Shown: positions 37,651-49,379 of the stretch, one piece after another | Position numbering within the stretch: position 1 is the stretch's first letter | How the letters are laid out: the number at the start of each line of letters is the position of its first letter | NCBI RefSeq assembly: GCF_964204645.1 | Contig: NC_134036.1 | Coordinates: 6,739,304-6,803,303 of the forward strand | From: Tubulanus polymorphus | Taxonomy: Eukaryota > Animalia > Nemertea | Length of the DNA: 64,000 nt | Reading direction: 5' to 3' | Program-made: the position numbers and the translations under genes | Notes under the pieces: model-generated | Told to the model about the DNA's origin: nothing | Seen by the model: only the letters and a program-made list of their open reading frames with translations | Database searches by the model: none

Positions 37651-40600
37651 GCGGTGGTTGTTCGAAAAACGACTAAGTGCTGACCGGGCCTTGATCAGCG
37701 TTACGACCCGGCGCAGTGAGGAAGGGAGGGAGGGAGGCAGTAGGTCGGTCGTCCATCCGTTCGTCAGTGTGCCGGCGGTGGTTGTTCGAAAAACGACTAA
37801 GTGCTGACCGGGCCTTGATCAGCGTTACGACCCGGTGCAGTGAGGGAGGGAGGGAGGCACTAGGACAGTCGTCCGCCCGTTAGTCAGTGTGTCGGCGGTT
37901 GTTGTTCGAAAAACGACTAAGTGCTGACCGGGCCATGAACAGCGTTACGACCCGGCACCGGTCAGGAAGGGAGGGAGGGTGGCAGTAGGTCGGTCGTCCG
38001 TCCGTTCGTCAGTGTGCCGGCGGTGGTTTTTCGAAAAACGACTAAGTGCTGACCGGGCCTTGATCAGCGTTACGACCCGGCACCGGTCAGGGAGGGAGGG
38101 AGGCTGTAGGTCGGTCGTCCATCCGTTCGTCAGTGTGCCGGCGGTGGTAGTTCGAAAAACGACTAAGTGCTGACCGGGCCTTGATCAGCGTTACGACCCG
38201 GAGCAGTGAGGGAGGGAGGGAGGCAGTAGGTCGGTCGTCCATCCGTTCGTCAGTGTGCCGGCGGTGGTTGTTCGAAAAACGACTAAGTGCTGACCGGGCC
38301 ATGATCAGCGTTACGACCCGGTGCAGTGAGGGAGGGATGGAGGCACTAGGACAGTCGTCCGCCCGTTAGTCAGTGTGTCGGCGGTTGTTGTTCGAAAAAC
38401 GACTAAGTGCTGACCGGGCCATGAACAGCGTTACGACCCGGCACCGGTCAGGAAGGGAGGGAGGGTGGCAGTAGGTCGGTCGTCCGTTCGTTCGTCAGTG
38501 TGCCGGCGGTGGTTGTTCGAATAACGACTAAGTGCTGACCGGGCCTTGATCAGCGTTACGACCCGGCACCGGTCAGGGAGGGAGGGAGGGAGGCAGTAGG
38601 TCGGTCGTCCGTCCGTTCGTCATTGTGCCGGCGGTGGTAGTTCGAAAAACGACTAAGTGCTTACCGGGCCTTGATCAGCGTTACGACCCGGTGCAGTGAG
38701 GGAGGGAGGGAGGCAGTAGGTCGGTCGTCCATCCGTTCGTCAGTGTGCCGGCGGTGGTAGTTCGAAAAACGACTAAGTGCTGACCGGGCCTTGATCAGCG
38801 TTACGACCCGGTGCAGTGAGGGAGGGAGGGAGGGAGGCAGTAGGTCGGTCGTCCATCCGTTCGTCAGTGTGCCGGCGGTGGTAGTTCGAAAAACGACTAA
38901 GTGCTGACCGGGCCTAGATCAGCGTTACGACTCGGTGCAGTGAGGGAGGGAGAGCGGCAGTCGGTCGGTCGTCCGTCCGGTCGTCAGTGTGCCGGCGGTG
39001 GTTGTTCGAAAAACGACTAAGTGCTGACCGGGCCTTGATCAGCGTTACGACCCGGTGCAGTGAGGGAGGGAGGGTGGCAGTAGGTCGGTCGTCCGTTCGT
39101 TGGTCAGTGTGCCGGCGGTGGTAGTTCGAAAAACGACTAAGTGCTGACCGGGCCTTGATCAGCGTTACGACCCGGAGCAGTGTGGGAGGGAGGGGGACAG
39201 TAGGTCGGTCGTCCGTTCGTTCGTCAGTGTGCCGGCGGTGGTTGTTCGAATAACGACTAAGTGCTGACCGGGCCTTGATCAGCGTTACGACCCGGCACCG
39301 GTCAGGGAGGGAGGGAGGGAGGCAGTAGGTCGGTCGTCCGTCCGTTCGTCATTGTGCCGGCGGTGGTAGTTCGAAAAACGACTAAGTGCTTACCGGGCCT
39401 TGATCAGCGTTACGACCCGGTGCAGTGAGGGAGGGAGGGAGGCAGTAGGTCGGTCGTCCATCCGTTCGTCAGTGTGCCGGCGGTGGTAGTTCGAAAAACG
39501 ACTAAGTGCTGACCGGGCCTTGATCAGCGTTACGACCCGGTGCAGTGAGGGAGGGAGGGAGGGAGGCAGTAGGTCGGTCGTCCATCCGTTCGTCAGTGTG
39601 CCGGCGGTGGTAGTTCGAAAAACGACTAAGTGCTGACCGGGCCTAGATCAGCGTTACGACTCGGTGCAGTGAGGGAGGGAGAGCGGCAGTAGGTCGGTCG
39701 TCCGTCCGGTCGTCAGTGTGCCGGCAGAGTTGGTTGTTCGAAAAACGACTAAGTGCTGACCGGGCCTTGATCAGCGTTACGACCCGGAGCAGTGAGGGAG
39801 GGAGGGAGGCAGTAGGTCGGTCGTCCGTCCGTTCGCCAGTGTGCCGCTGGTTGTTGTTCGAAAAACGACTAAGTGCTGACCGGGCCTTGATCAGCGTTAC
39901 GACCCGGTGCAGTGAGGGAGGGAGGGAGGCACTAGGACAGTCATCCGCCCGTTAGTCAGTGTGTCGGCGGTTGTTGTTCGAAAAACGACTAAGTGCTGAC
40001 CGGGCCATGAACAGCGTTACGACCCGGCACCGGTCAGGAAGGGAGGGAGGGTGGCAGTAGGTCGGTCGTCCGTTCGTTGGTCAGTGTGCCGGCGGTGGTA
40101 GTTCGAAAAACGACTAAGTGCTGACCGGGCCTTGATCAGCGTTACGACCCGGAGCAGTGTGGGAGGGAGGGGGACAGTAGGTCGGTCGTCCGTCCGTTCG
40201 TCAGTGTGCCGGCAGAGTTGGTTGTTCGAAAAACGACTAAGTGCTGACCGGGCCTTGATCAGCGTTACGACCCGGTGCTGTGAGGGAGGGAGGGAGGCAG
40301 TAGGTCGGTCGTCCATCCGTTCGTCAGTGTGCCGGCGGTGGTTGTTCGAAAAACGACTAAGTGCTGACCGGGCCTTGATCAGCGTTACGACCCGGAGCAG
40401 TGAGGGAGGGAGGGAGGCAGTAGGTCGGTCGTCCATCCGTTCGTCAGTGTGCCGGCGGTGGTTGTTCGAAAAACGACTAAGTGCTGACCGGGCCTTGATC
40501 AGCGTTACGACCCGGTGCAGTAAGGGAGGGAGGGAGGCACTAGGACAGTCGTCCGCCCGTAAGTCAGTGTGTCGGCGGTTGTTGTTCGAAAAACGACTAA

Positions 40601-42230
40601 GTGCTGACCGGGCCATGAACAGCGTTACGACCCGGCACCGGTCAGGAAGGGAGGGAGGATGGCAGTAGGTCGGTCGTCCGTCCGTTTGTCAGTGTGCCGG
40701 CAGTGATGGTTGTTCGAAAAATGACTAAGGGCTGACCGGGCCTTGATCAGCGTTACGACCCGGCGCTTGTCAAGGGCGGGAGGGAGGGAGGGAGGCAGTA
40801 GGTCGGTCGTCCATCCGTTCGTCAGTGTGCCGGCGGTGGTAGTTCGAAAAACGACTAAGTGCTGACCGGGCCTAGATCAGCGTTACGACCCGGCGCAGTG
40901 AGGAAGGGAGGGAGGGAGGCTGTAGGTCGGTCGTCCATCCGTTCGTCAGTGTGCCGGCGGTGGTAGTTCGAAAAACGACTAAGTGCTGACCGGGCCTTGA
41001 TCAGCGTTACGACCCGGAGCAGTGAGGGAGGGAGGGAGGCAGTAGGTCGGTCGTCCATCCGTTCGTCTGTGTGCCGGCGGTGGTAGTTCGAAAAACGACT
41101 AAGTGCTGACCGGGCCTTGATCAGCATTACGACCCGGTGCAGTGAGGGAGGGAGGGAGGGAGGCAGTAGGTCGGTCGTCCATCCGTTCGTCAGTGTGCCG
41201 GCGGTGGTAGTTCGAAAAACGACTAAGTGCTGACCGGGCCTTGATCAGCGTTACGACCCGGTGCAGTGAGGGAGGGAGGGAGGCAGTAGGTCGGTCGTCC
41301 GTCCGTTCGCCAGTGTGCCGGCGGTGGTTGTTCGAAAAACGACTAAGTGCTGACCGGGCCTTGATCAGCGTTACGACCCGGAGCAGTGAGGGAGGGAGGG
41401 AGGCAGTAAGTCGGTCGTCCGTCCGTTCGCCAGTGTGCCGGCGGTGGTTGTTCGATAAACGACTAAGTGCTGACCGGGCCTTGATCAGCGTTACGACCCG
41501 GTGCAGTGAGGGAGGGAGGGAGGCAGTAGGTCGGTCGTCCGTCCGTTCGTCAGTGTGCCGGCAGAGTTGGTTGTTCGAAAAACGACTAAGTGCTGACCGG
41601 GCCTTGATCAGCGTTACGACCCGGTGCAGTGAGGGAGGGAGGGAGGGAGGCAGTAGGTCGGTCGTCCATCCGTTCGTCAGTGTGCCGGCGGTGGTAGTTA
41701 AAAAAAAAGAACAAGTGCTGACCGGGCCTTGATCAGCGTTACGACCCGGTGCAGTGAGGGAGGGAGGGAGGGAGGCAGTAGGTCGGTCGTCCATCCGTTC
41801 GTCAGTGTGCCGGCGGTGGTAGTTCAAAAAACGACTAAGTGCTGACCGGGCCTTGATCAGCGTTACGACCCGGTGCAGTGAGGGAGGGAGGGAGGCAGTA
41901 GGTCGGTCGTCCGTCCGTTCGCCAGTGTGCCGCTGGTGGTTGTTCGAAAAACGACTAAGTGCTGACCGGGCCTTGATCAGCGTTACGACCCGGAGCAGTG
42001 AGGGAGGGAGGGAGGCAGTAGGTCGGTCGTCCGTCCGTTCGCCAGTTTACCGCTGGTGGTTGTTCGAAAAACGACTAAGTGCTGACCGGGCCTTGATCAG
42101 CGTTACGACCCGGTGCAGTGAGGGAGGGAGGGAGGCACTAGGACAGTCGTCCGCCCGTTAGTCAGTGTGTCGGCGGTTGTTGTTCGAAAAACGACTAAGT
42201 GCTGACCGGGCCTTGATCAGCGTTACGACC
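36415..42230. repeat. Copy of ~19630-25080 (offset 16784 -> 16907 -> 17150, gaining 1 then 2 monomers)
   Basis: ORFs 19677/36461, 23110/40017, 24703/41853. Unique A9 marker at 24550 and 41700. Confidence 0.9.
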
Positions 42231-44229
42231 CGGCGCTGGTCAGGGCGGGAGGGAGGGAGGCAGTAGGTCGGTCGTCCGTCCGTTCGTCATTGTGCCGGCG
42301 GTGGTAGTTCGAAAAACGACTAAGTGCTGACCGGGCCTTGATCAGCGTTACGACCCGGTGCAGTGAGGGAGGGAGGGAGGCTGTAGGTCGGTCGTCCATC
42401 CGTTCGTCAGTGTGCCGGCGGTGGTAGTTCGAAAAACGACTAAGTGCTGACCGGGCCTTGATCAGCGTTACGACCCGGAGCATTGAGGGAGGGAGGGAGG
42501 CAGTAGGTCGGTCGTCCGTCCGTTTGTCAGTGTGCCGGCAGTGATGGTTGTTCGAAAAATGACTAAGGGCTGACCGGGCCTTGATCAGCGTTACGACCCG
42601 GCGCTGGTCAAGGGCGGGAGGGAGGGAGGCAGTAGGTCGGTCGTCCGTCCGTTCGTCAGTGTGCCGGCAGAGTTGGTTGTTCGAAAAACGACTAAGTGCT
42701 GACCGGGCCTTGATCAGCGTTACGACCCGGTGCTGTGAGGGAGGGAGGGAGGCAGTAGGTCGGTCGTCCATCCGTTCGTCAGTGTGCCGGCGGTGGTTGT
42801 TCGAAAACGACTAAGTGCTGACCGGGCCTTGATCAGCGTTACGACCCGGCGCAGTGAGGGAGGGAGGGAGGGAGGCAGTAGGTCGGTCGTCCATCCGTTC
42901 GTCAGTGTGCCGGCGGTGGTTGTTCGAAAAACGACTAAGTGCTGACCGGGCCTTGATCAGCGTTACGACCCGGTGCAGTGAGGGAGGGATGGAGGCACTA
43001 GGACAGTCGTCCGCCCATTAGTCAGTGTGTCGGCGGTTGTTGTTCGAAAAACGACTAAGTGCTGACCGGGCCATGAACAGCGTTACGACCCGGCACCGGT
43101 CAGGAAGGGAGGGAGGGTGGCAGTAGGTCGGTCGTCCGTTCGTTGGTCAGTGTGCCGGCGGTGGTAGTTCGAAAAACGACTAAGTGCTGACCGGGCCTTG
43201 ATCAGCGTTACGACCCGGAGCAGTGTGGGAGGGAGGGGGACAGTAGGTCGGTCGTCCGTCCGTTCGTCAGTGTGCCGGCAGAGTTGGTTGTTCGAAAAAC
43301 GACTAAGTGCTGACCGGGCCTTGATCAGCGTTACGACCCGGTGCTGTGAGGGAGGGAGGGAGGCAGTAGGTCGGTCGTCCATCCGTTCGTCAGTGTGCCG
43401 GCGGTGGTTGTTCGAAAAACGACTAAGTGCTGACCGGGCCTTGATCAGCGTTACGACCCGGTGCAGTGAGGGAGGGAGGGAGGCACTAGGACAGTCGTCC
43501 GCCCGTTAGTCAGTGTGTCGGCGGTTGTTGTTCGAAAAACGACTAAGTGCTGACCGGGCCATGAACAGCGTTACGACCCGGCACCGGTCAGGAAGGGAGG
43601 GAGGGTGGCAGTAGGTCGGTCGTCCGTTCGTTCGTCAGTGTGCCGGCGGTGGTTGTTCGAATAACGACTAAGTGCTGACCGGGCCTTGATCAGCGTTACG
43701 ACCCGGCACCGGTCAGGGAGGGAGGGAGGGAGGCAGTAGGTCGGTCGTCCGTCCGTTCGTCATTGTGCCGGCGGTGGTAGTTCGAAAAACGACTAAGTGC
43801 TGACCGGGCCTTAATCAGCGTTACGACCCGGCACCGGTCAGGAAGGGAGGGAGGGTGGCAGTAGGTCGGTCGTCCGTTCGTTGGTCAGTGTGCCGGCGGT
43901 GGTAATTCGAACAACGACTAAGTGCTGACCGGGCCTTGATCAGCGTTACGACCCGGAGCAGTGTGGGAGGGAGGGGGACAGTAGGTCGGTCGTCCGTCCG
44001 TTCGTCAGTGTGCCGGCAGAGTTGGTTGTTCGAAAAACGACTAATTGCTGACCGGGCCTTGATCAGCGTTAGGACCCGGTGCTGTGAGGGAGGGAGGGAG
44101 GCAGTAGGTCGGTCGACCATCCGTTCGTCAGTGTGCCGGCGGTGGTAGTTCGAAAAACGACTAAGTGCTGACCGGGCCTTAATCAGCGTTACGACTCGGT
44201 GCAGTGAGGGAGGGAGAGAGGCAGTAGGT

Positions 44230-46500
44230 CGGTCGTCCGTCCGGTCGTCAGTGTGCCGGCGGTGGTTGTTCGAAAAACGACTAAGTGCTGACCGGGCCTT
44301 GATCAGCGTTACGACCCGGTGCAGTGAGGGAGGGAGGGAGGCAGTAGGTCGGTCGTCCGTCCGTTCGTCAGTGTGCCGGCAGAGTTGGTTGTTCGAAAAA
44401 CGACTAAGTGCTGACCGGGCCTTGATCAGCGTTACGACCCGGTGCAGTGAGGGAGGGAGGGAGGCAGTAGGTCGGTCGTCCATCCGTTCGTCAGTGTGCC
44501 GGCGGTGGTAGTTCGAAAAACGACTAAGTGCTGACCGGGCCTTGATCAGCGTTACGACCCGGTGCAGTGAGGGAGGGAGGGAGGGAGGCAGTAGGTCGGT
44601 CGTCCATCCGTTCGTCAGTGTGCCGGCGGTGGTAGTTCAAAAAACGACTAAGTGCTGACCGGGCCTTGATCAGCGTTACGACCCGGAGCAGTGAGGGAGG
44701 GAGGGAGGCAGTAGGTCGGTCGTCCGTCCGTTCGCCAGTGTGCCGCTGGTGGTTGTTCGAAAAACGACTAAGTGCTGACCGGGCCTTGATCAGCGTTACG
44801 ACCCGGAGCAGTGAGAGAGGGAGGGAGGCAGTAGGTCGGTCGTCCGTCCGTTCGCCAGTGTACCGCTGGTGGTTGTTCGAAAAACGACTAAGTGCTGACC
44901 GGGCCTTGATCAACGTTACGACCCGGTGCAGTGAGGGAGGGAGGGAGGCACTAGGACAGTCGTCCGCCCGTTAGTCAGTGTGTCGGCGGTTGTTGTTCAA
45001 AAAACGACTAAGTGCTGACCGGGCCATGAACAGCGTTACGACCCGGCACCGGTCAGGAAGGGAGGGAGGGTGGCAGTAGGTCGGTCGTCCGTTCGTTGGT
45101 CAGTGTGCCGGCGGTGGTAGTTCGAAAAACGACTAAGTGCTGACCGGGCCTTGATCAGCGTTACGACCCGGAGCAGTGTGGGAGGGAGGGGGACAGTAGG
45201 TCGGTCGTCCGTCCGTTCGTCAGTGTGCCGGCAGAGTTGGTTGTTCGAAAAACGACTAAGTGCTGACCGGGCCTTGATCAGCGTTACGACCCGGCGCTGT
45301 GAGGGAGGGAGGGAGGCAGTAGGTCGGTCGTCCATCCGTTCGTCAGTGTGCCGGCGGTGGTTGTTCGAAAAACGACTAAGTGCTGACCGGGCCTTGATCA
45401 GCGTTACGACCCGGTGCAGTGAGGGAGGGAGGGAGGCTGTAGGTCGGTCGTCCGTCCGGTCGTCAGTGTGCCGGCGGTGGTTGTTCGAAAAACGACTAAG
45501 TGCTGACCGGGCCTTGATCAGCGTTACGACCCGGTGCAGTGAGGGAGGGAGGGAGGCAGTAGGTCGGTCGTCCGTCCGTTCGTCAGTGTGCCGGCAGAGT
45601 TGGTTGTTCGAAAAACGACTAAGTGCTGACCGGGCCTTGATCAGCGTTACGACCCGGTGCAGTGAGGGAGGGAGGGAGGCAGTAGGTCGGTCGTCCATCC
45701 GTTCGTCAGTGTGCCGGCGGTGGTAGTTCGAAAAACGACTAAGTGCTGACCGGGCCTTGATCAGCGTTACGACCCGGTGCAGTGAGGGAGGGAGGGAGGC
45801 AGTAGGTCGGTCGTCCATCCGTTCGTCAGTGTGCCGGCGGTGGTAGTTCAAAAAACGACTAAGTGCTGACCGGGCCTTGATCAGCGTTACGACCCGGAGC
45901 AGTGAGGGAGGGAGGGAGGCAGTAGGTCGGTCGTCCGTCCGTTCGCCAGTGTGCCGCTGGTGGTTGTTCGAAAAACGACTAAGTGCTGACCGGGCCTTGA
46001 TCAGCGTTACGACCCGGAGCAGTGAGAGAGGGAGGGAGGCAGTAGGTCGGTCGTCCGTCCGTTCGCCAGTGTACCGCTGGTGGTTGTTCGAAAAACGACT
46101 AAGTGCTGACCGGGCCTTGATCAACGTTACGACCCGGTGCAGTGAGGGAGGGAGGGAGGCACTAGGACAGTCGTCCGCCCGTTAGTCAGTGTGTCGGCGG
46201 TTGTTGTTCAAAAAACGACTAAGTGCTGACCGGGCCATGAACAGCGTTACGACCCGGCACCGGTCAGGAAGGGAGGGAGGGTGGCAGTAGGTCGGTCGTC
46301 CGTTCGTTGGTCAGTGTGCCGGCGGTGGTAGTTCGAAAAACGACTAAGTGCTGACCGGGCCTTGATCAGCGTTACGACCCGGAGCAGTGTGGGAGGGAGG
46401 GGGACAGTAGGTCGGTCGTCCGTCCGTTCGTCAGTGTGCCGGCAGAGTTGGTTGTTCGAAAAACGACTAAGTGCTGACCGGGCCTTGATCAGCGTTACGA
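44230..46500. repeat. Local tandem duplication with ~1211-bp (10-monomer) period
   Basis: Identical ORFs 44666/45877. Markers CAGTGTACCGCTGG and TTGTTGTTCAAAAA recur 1211 apart. Confidence 0.85.
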
Positions 46501-49379
46501 CCCGGTGCAGTGAGGGAGGGAGGGAGGCACTAGGACAGTCGTCCGCCCGTTAGTCAGTGTGTCGGCGGTTGTTGTTCGAAAAACGACTAAGTGCTGACCG
46601 GGCCATGAACAGCGTTACGACCCGGCACCGGTCAGGAAGGGAGGGAGGGTGGCAGTAGGTCGGTCGTCCGTCCGTTCGTCAGTGTGCCGGCGGTGGTTGT
46701 TCGAAAAACGACTAAGTGCTGACCGGGCCTTAATCAGCGTTACGACCCGGCACCGGTCAGGAAGGGAGGAAGGGTGGCAGTAGGTCGGTCATCCGTTCGT
46801 TGGTCAGTGTGCCGGCGGTGGTAGTTCGAAAAACGACTAAGTGCTGACCGGGCCTTGATCAGCGTTACGACCCGGAGCAGTGTGGGAGGGAGGGGGACAG
46901 TAGGTCGGTCGTCCGTCCGTTCGTCAGTGTGCCGGCAGAGTTGGTTGTTCGAAAAACGACTAATTGCTGACCGGGCCTTGATCAGCGTTAGGACCCGGTG
47001 CTGTGAGGGAGGGAGGGAGGCAGTAGGTCGGTCGTCCATCCGTTCGTCAGTGTGCCGGCGGTGGTTGTTCGAATAACGACTAAGTGCTGACCGGGCCTTG
47101 ATCAGCGTTACGACCCGGCACCGGTCAGGGAGGGAGGGAGGGTGGCAGTAGGTCGGTCGTCCGTTCGTTCGTCATTGTGCCGGCGGTGGTAGTTCGAAAA
47201 ACGACTAAGTGCTGACCGGGCCTTGATCAGCGTTACGACCCGGAGCATTGAGGGAGGGAGGGAGGCAGTAGGTCGGTCGTCCGTCCGTTTGTCAGTGTGC
47301 CGGCAGTGATGGTTGTTCGAAAAATGACTAAGGGCTGACCGGGCCTTGATCAGCGTTACGACCCGGCGCTGGTCAAGCGCGGGAGGGAGGGAGGCAGTAG
47401 GTCGGTCGTCCGTCCGTTCGTCAGTGTGCCGGCAGAGTTGGTTGTTCGAAAAACGACTAAGTGCTGACCGGGCCTTGATCAGCGTTACGACCCGGTGCTG
47501 TGAGGGAGGGAGGGAGGCAGTAGGTCGTTCGTCCATCCGTTCGTCAGTGTGCCGGCGGTGGTTGTTCGAAAAACGACTAAGTGCTGACCGGGCCTTGATC
47601 AGCGTTACGACCCGGCGCAGTGAGGGAGGGAGGGAGGGAGGCAGTAGGTCGGTCGTCCATCCGTTCGTCAGTGTGCCGGCGGTGGTTGTTCGAAAAACGA
47701 CTAAGTGCTGACCGGGCCTTGATCAGCGTTACGACCCGGTGCAGTGAGGGAGGGAGGGAGGCACTAGGACAGTCGTCCGCCCGTTAGTCAGTGTGTCGGC
47801 GGTTGTTGTTCGAAAAACGACTAAGTGCTGACCGGGCCATGAACAGCGTTACGACCCGGCACCGGTCAGGAAGGGAGGGAGGGTGGCAGTAGGTCGGTCG
47901 TCCGTCCGTTCGTCAGTGTGCCGGCGGTGGTTGTTCGAAAAACGACTAAGTGCTGACCGGGCCTTAATCAGCGTTACGACCCGGCACCGGTCAGGAAGGG
48001 AGGGAGGGTGGCAGTAGGTCGGTCGTCCGTTCGTTGGTCAGTGTGCCGGCGCTGGTAGTTCGAAAAACGACTAAGTGCTGACCGGGCCTTGATCAGCATT
48101 ACGACCCGGAGCAGTGAGGGAGGGAGGGAGGCAGTAGGTCGGTCGTCCGTCCGTTCGCCAGTGTGCCGCTGGTGGTTGTTCGAAAAACGACTAAGTGCTG
48201 ATCGGGCCTTGATCAGCGTTACGACCCGGTGCAGTGAGGGAGGGAGGGAGGCACTAGGACAGTCGTCCGCCCGTTAGTCAGTGTGTCGGCGGTTGTTGTT
48301 CGAAAAACGACTAAGTGCTGACCGGGCCATGAACAGCGTTACGACCCGGCACCGGTCAGGAAGGGAGGGAGGGTGGCAGTAGGTCGGTCGTCCGTTCGTT
48401 GGTCAGTGTGCCGGCGGTGGTAGTTCGAAAAACGACTAAGTGCTGACCGGGCCTTGATCAGCGTTACGACCCGGTGCAGTGAGGGAGGGAGGGAGGCACT
48501 AGGACAGTCGTCCGCCCGTTAGTCAGTGTGTCGGCGGTTGTTGTTCGAAAAACGACTAAGTGCTGACCGGGCCATGAACAGCGTTACGACCCGGCACCGG
48601 TCAGGAAGGGAGGGAGGGTGGCAGTAGGTCGGTCGTCCGTTCGTTGGTCAGTGTGCCGGCGCTGGTAGTTCGAAAAACGACTAAGTGCTGACCGGGCCTT
48701 GATCAGCGTTACGACCCGGAGCAGTGAGGGAGGGAGGGAGGCAGTAGGTCGGTCGTACGTCCGTTCGCCAGTGTGCCGCTGGTGGTTGTTCGAAAAACGA
48801 CTAAGTGCTGATCGGGCCTTGATCAGCGTTACGACCCGGTGCAGTGAGGGAGGGAGGGAGGCACTAGGACAGTCGTCCGCCCGTTAGTCAGTGTGTCGGC
48901 GGTTGTTGTTCGAAAAACGACTAAGTGCTGACCGGGCCATGAACAGCGTTACGACCCGGCACCGGTCAGGAAGGGAGGGAGGGTGGCAGTAGGTCGGTCG
49001 TCCGTTCGTTGGTCAGTGTGCCGGCGGTGGTAGTTCGAAAAACGAATAAGTGCTGACCGGGCCTTGATCAGCGTTACGACCCGGAGCAGTGTGGGAGGGA
49101 GGGGGACAGTAGGTCGGTCGTCCGTCCGTTCGTCAGTGTGCCGGCAGAGTTGGTTGTTCGAAAAACGACTAAGTGCTGACCGGGCCTTGATCAGCGTTAC
49201 GACCCGGTGCTGTGAGGGAGGGAGGGAGGCAGTAGGTCGGTCGTCCATCCGTTCGTTAGTGTGCCGGCGGTGGTTGTTCGAAAAACGACTAAGTGCTGAC
49301 CGGGCCTTGATCAGCGTTACGACCCGGTGCAGTGAGGGAGGGAGGGAGGCACTAGGACAGTCGTCCGCCCGTTAGTCAG

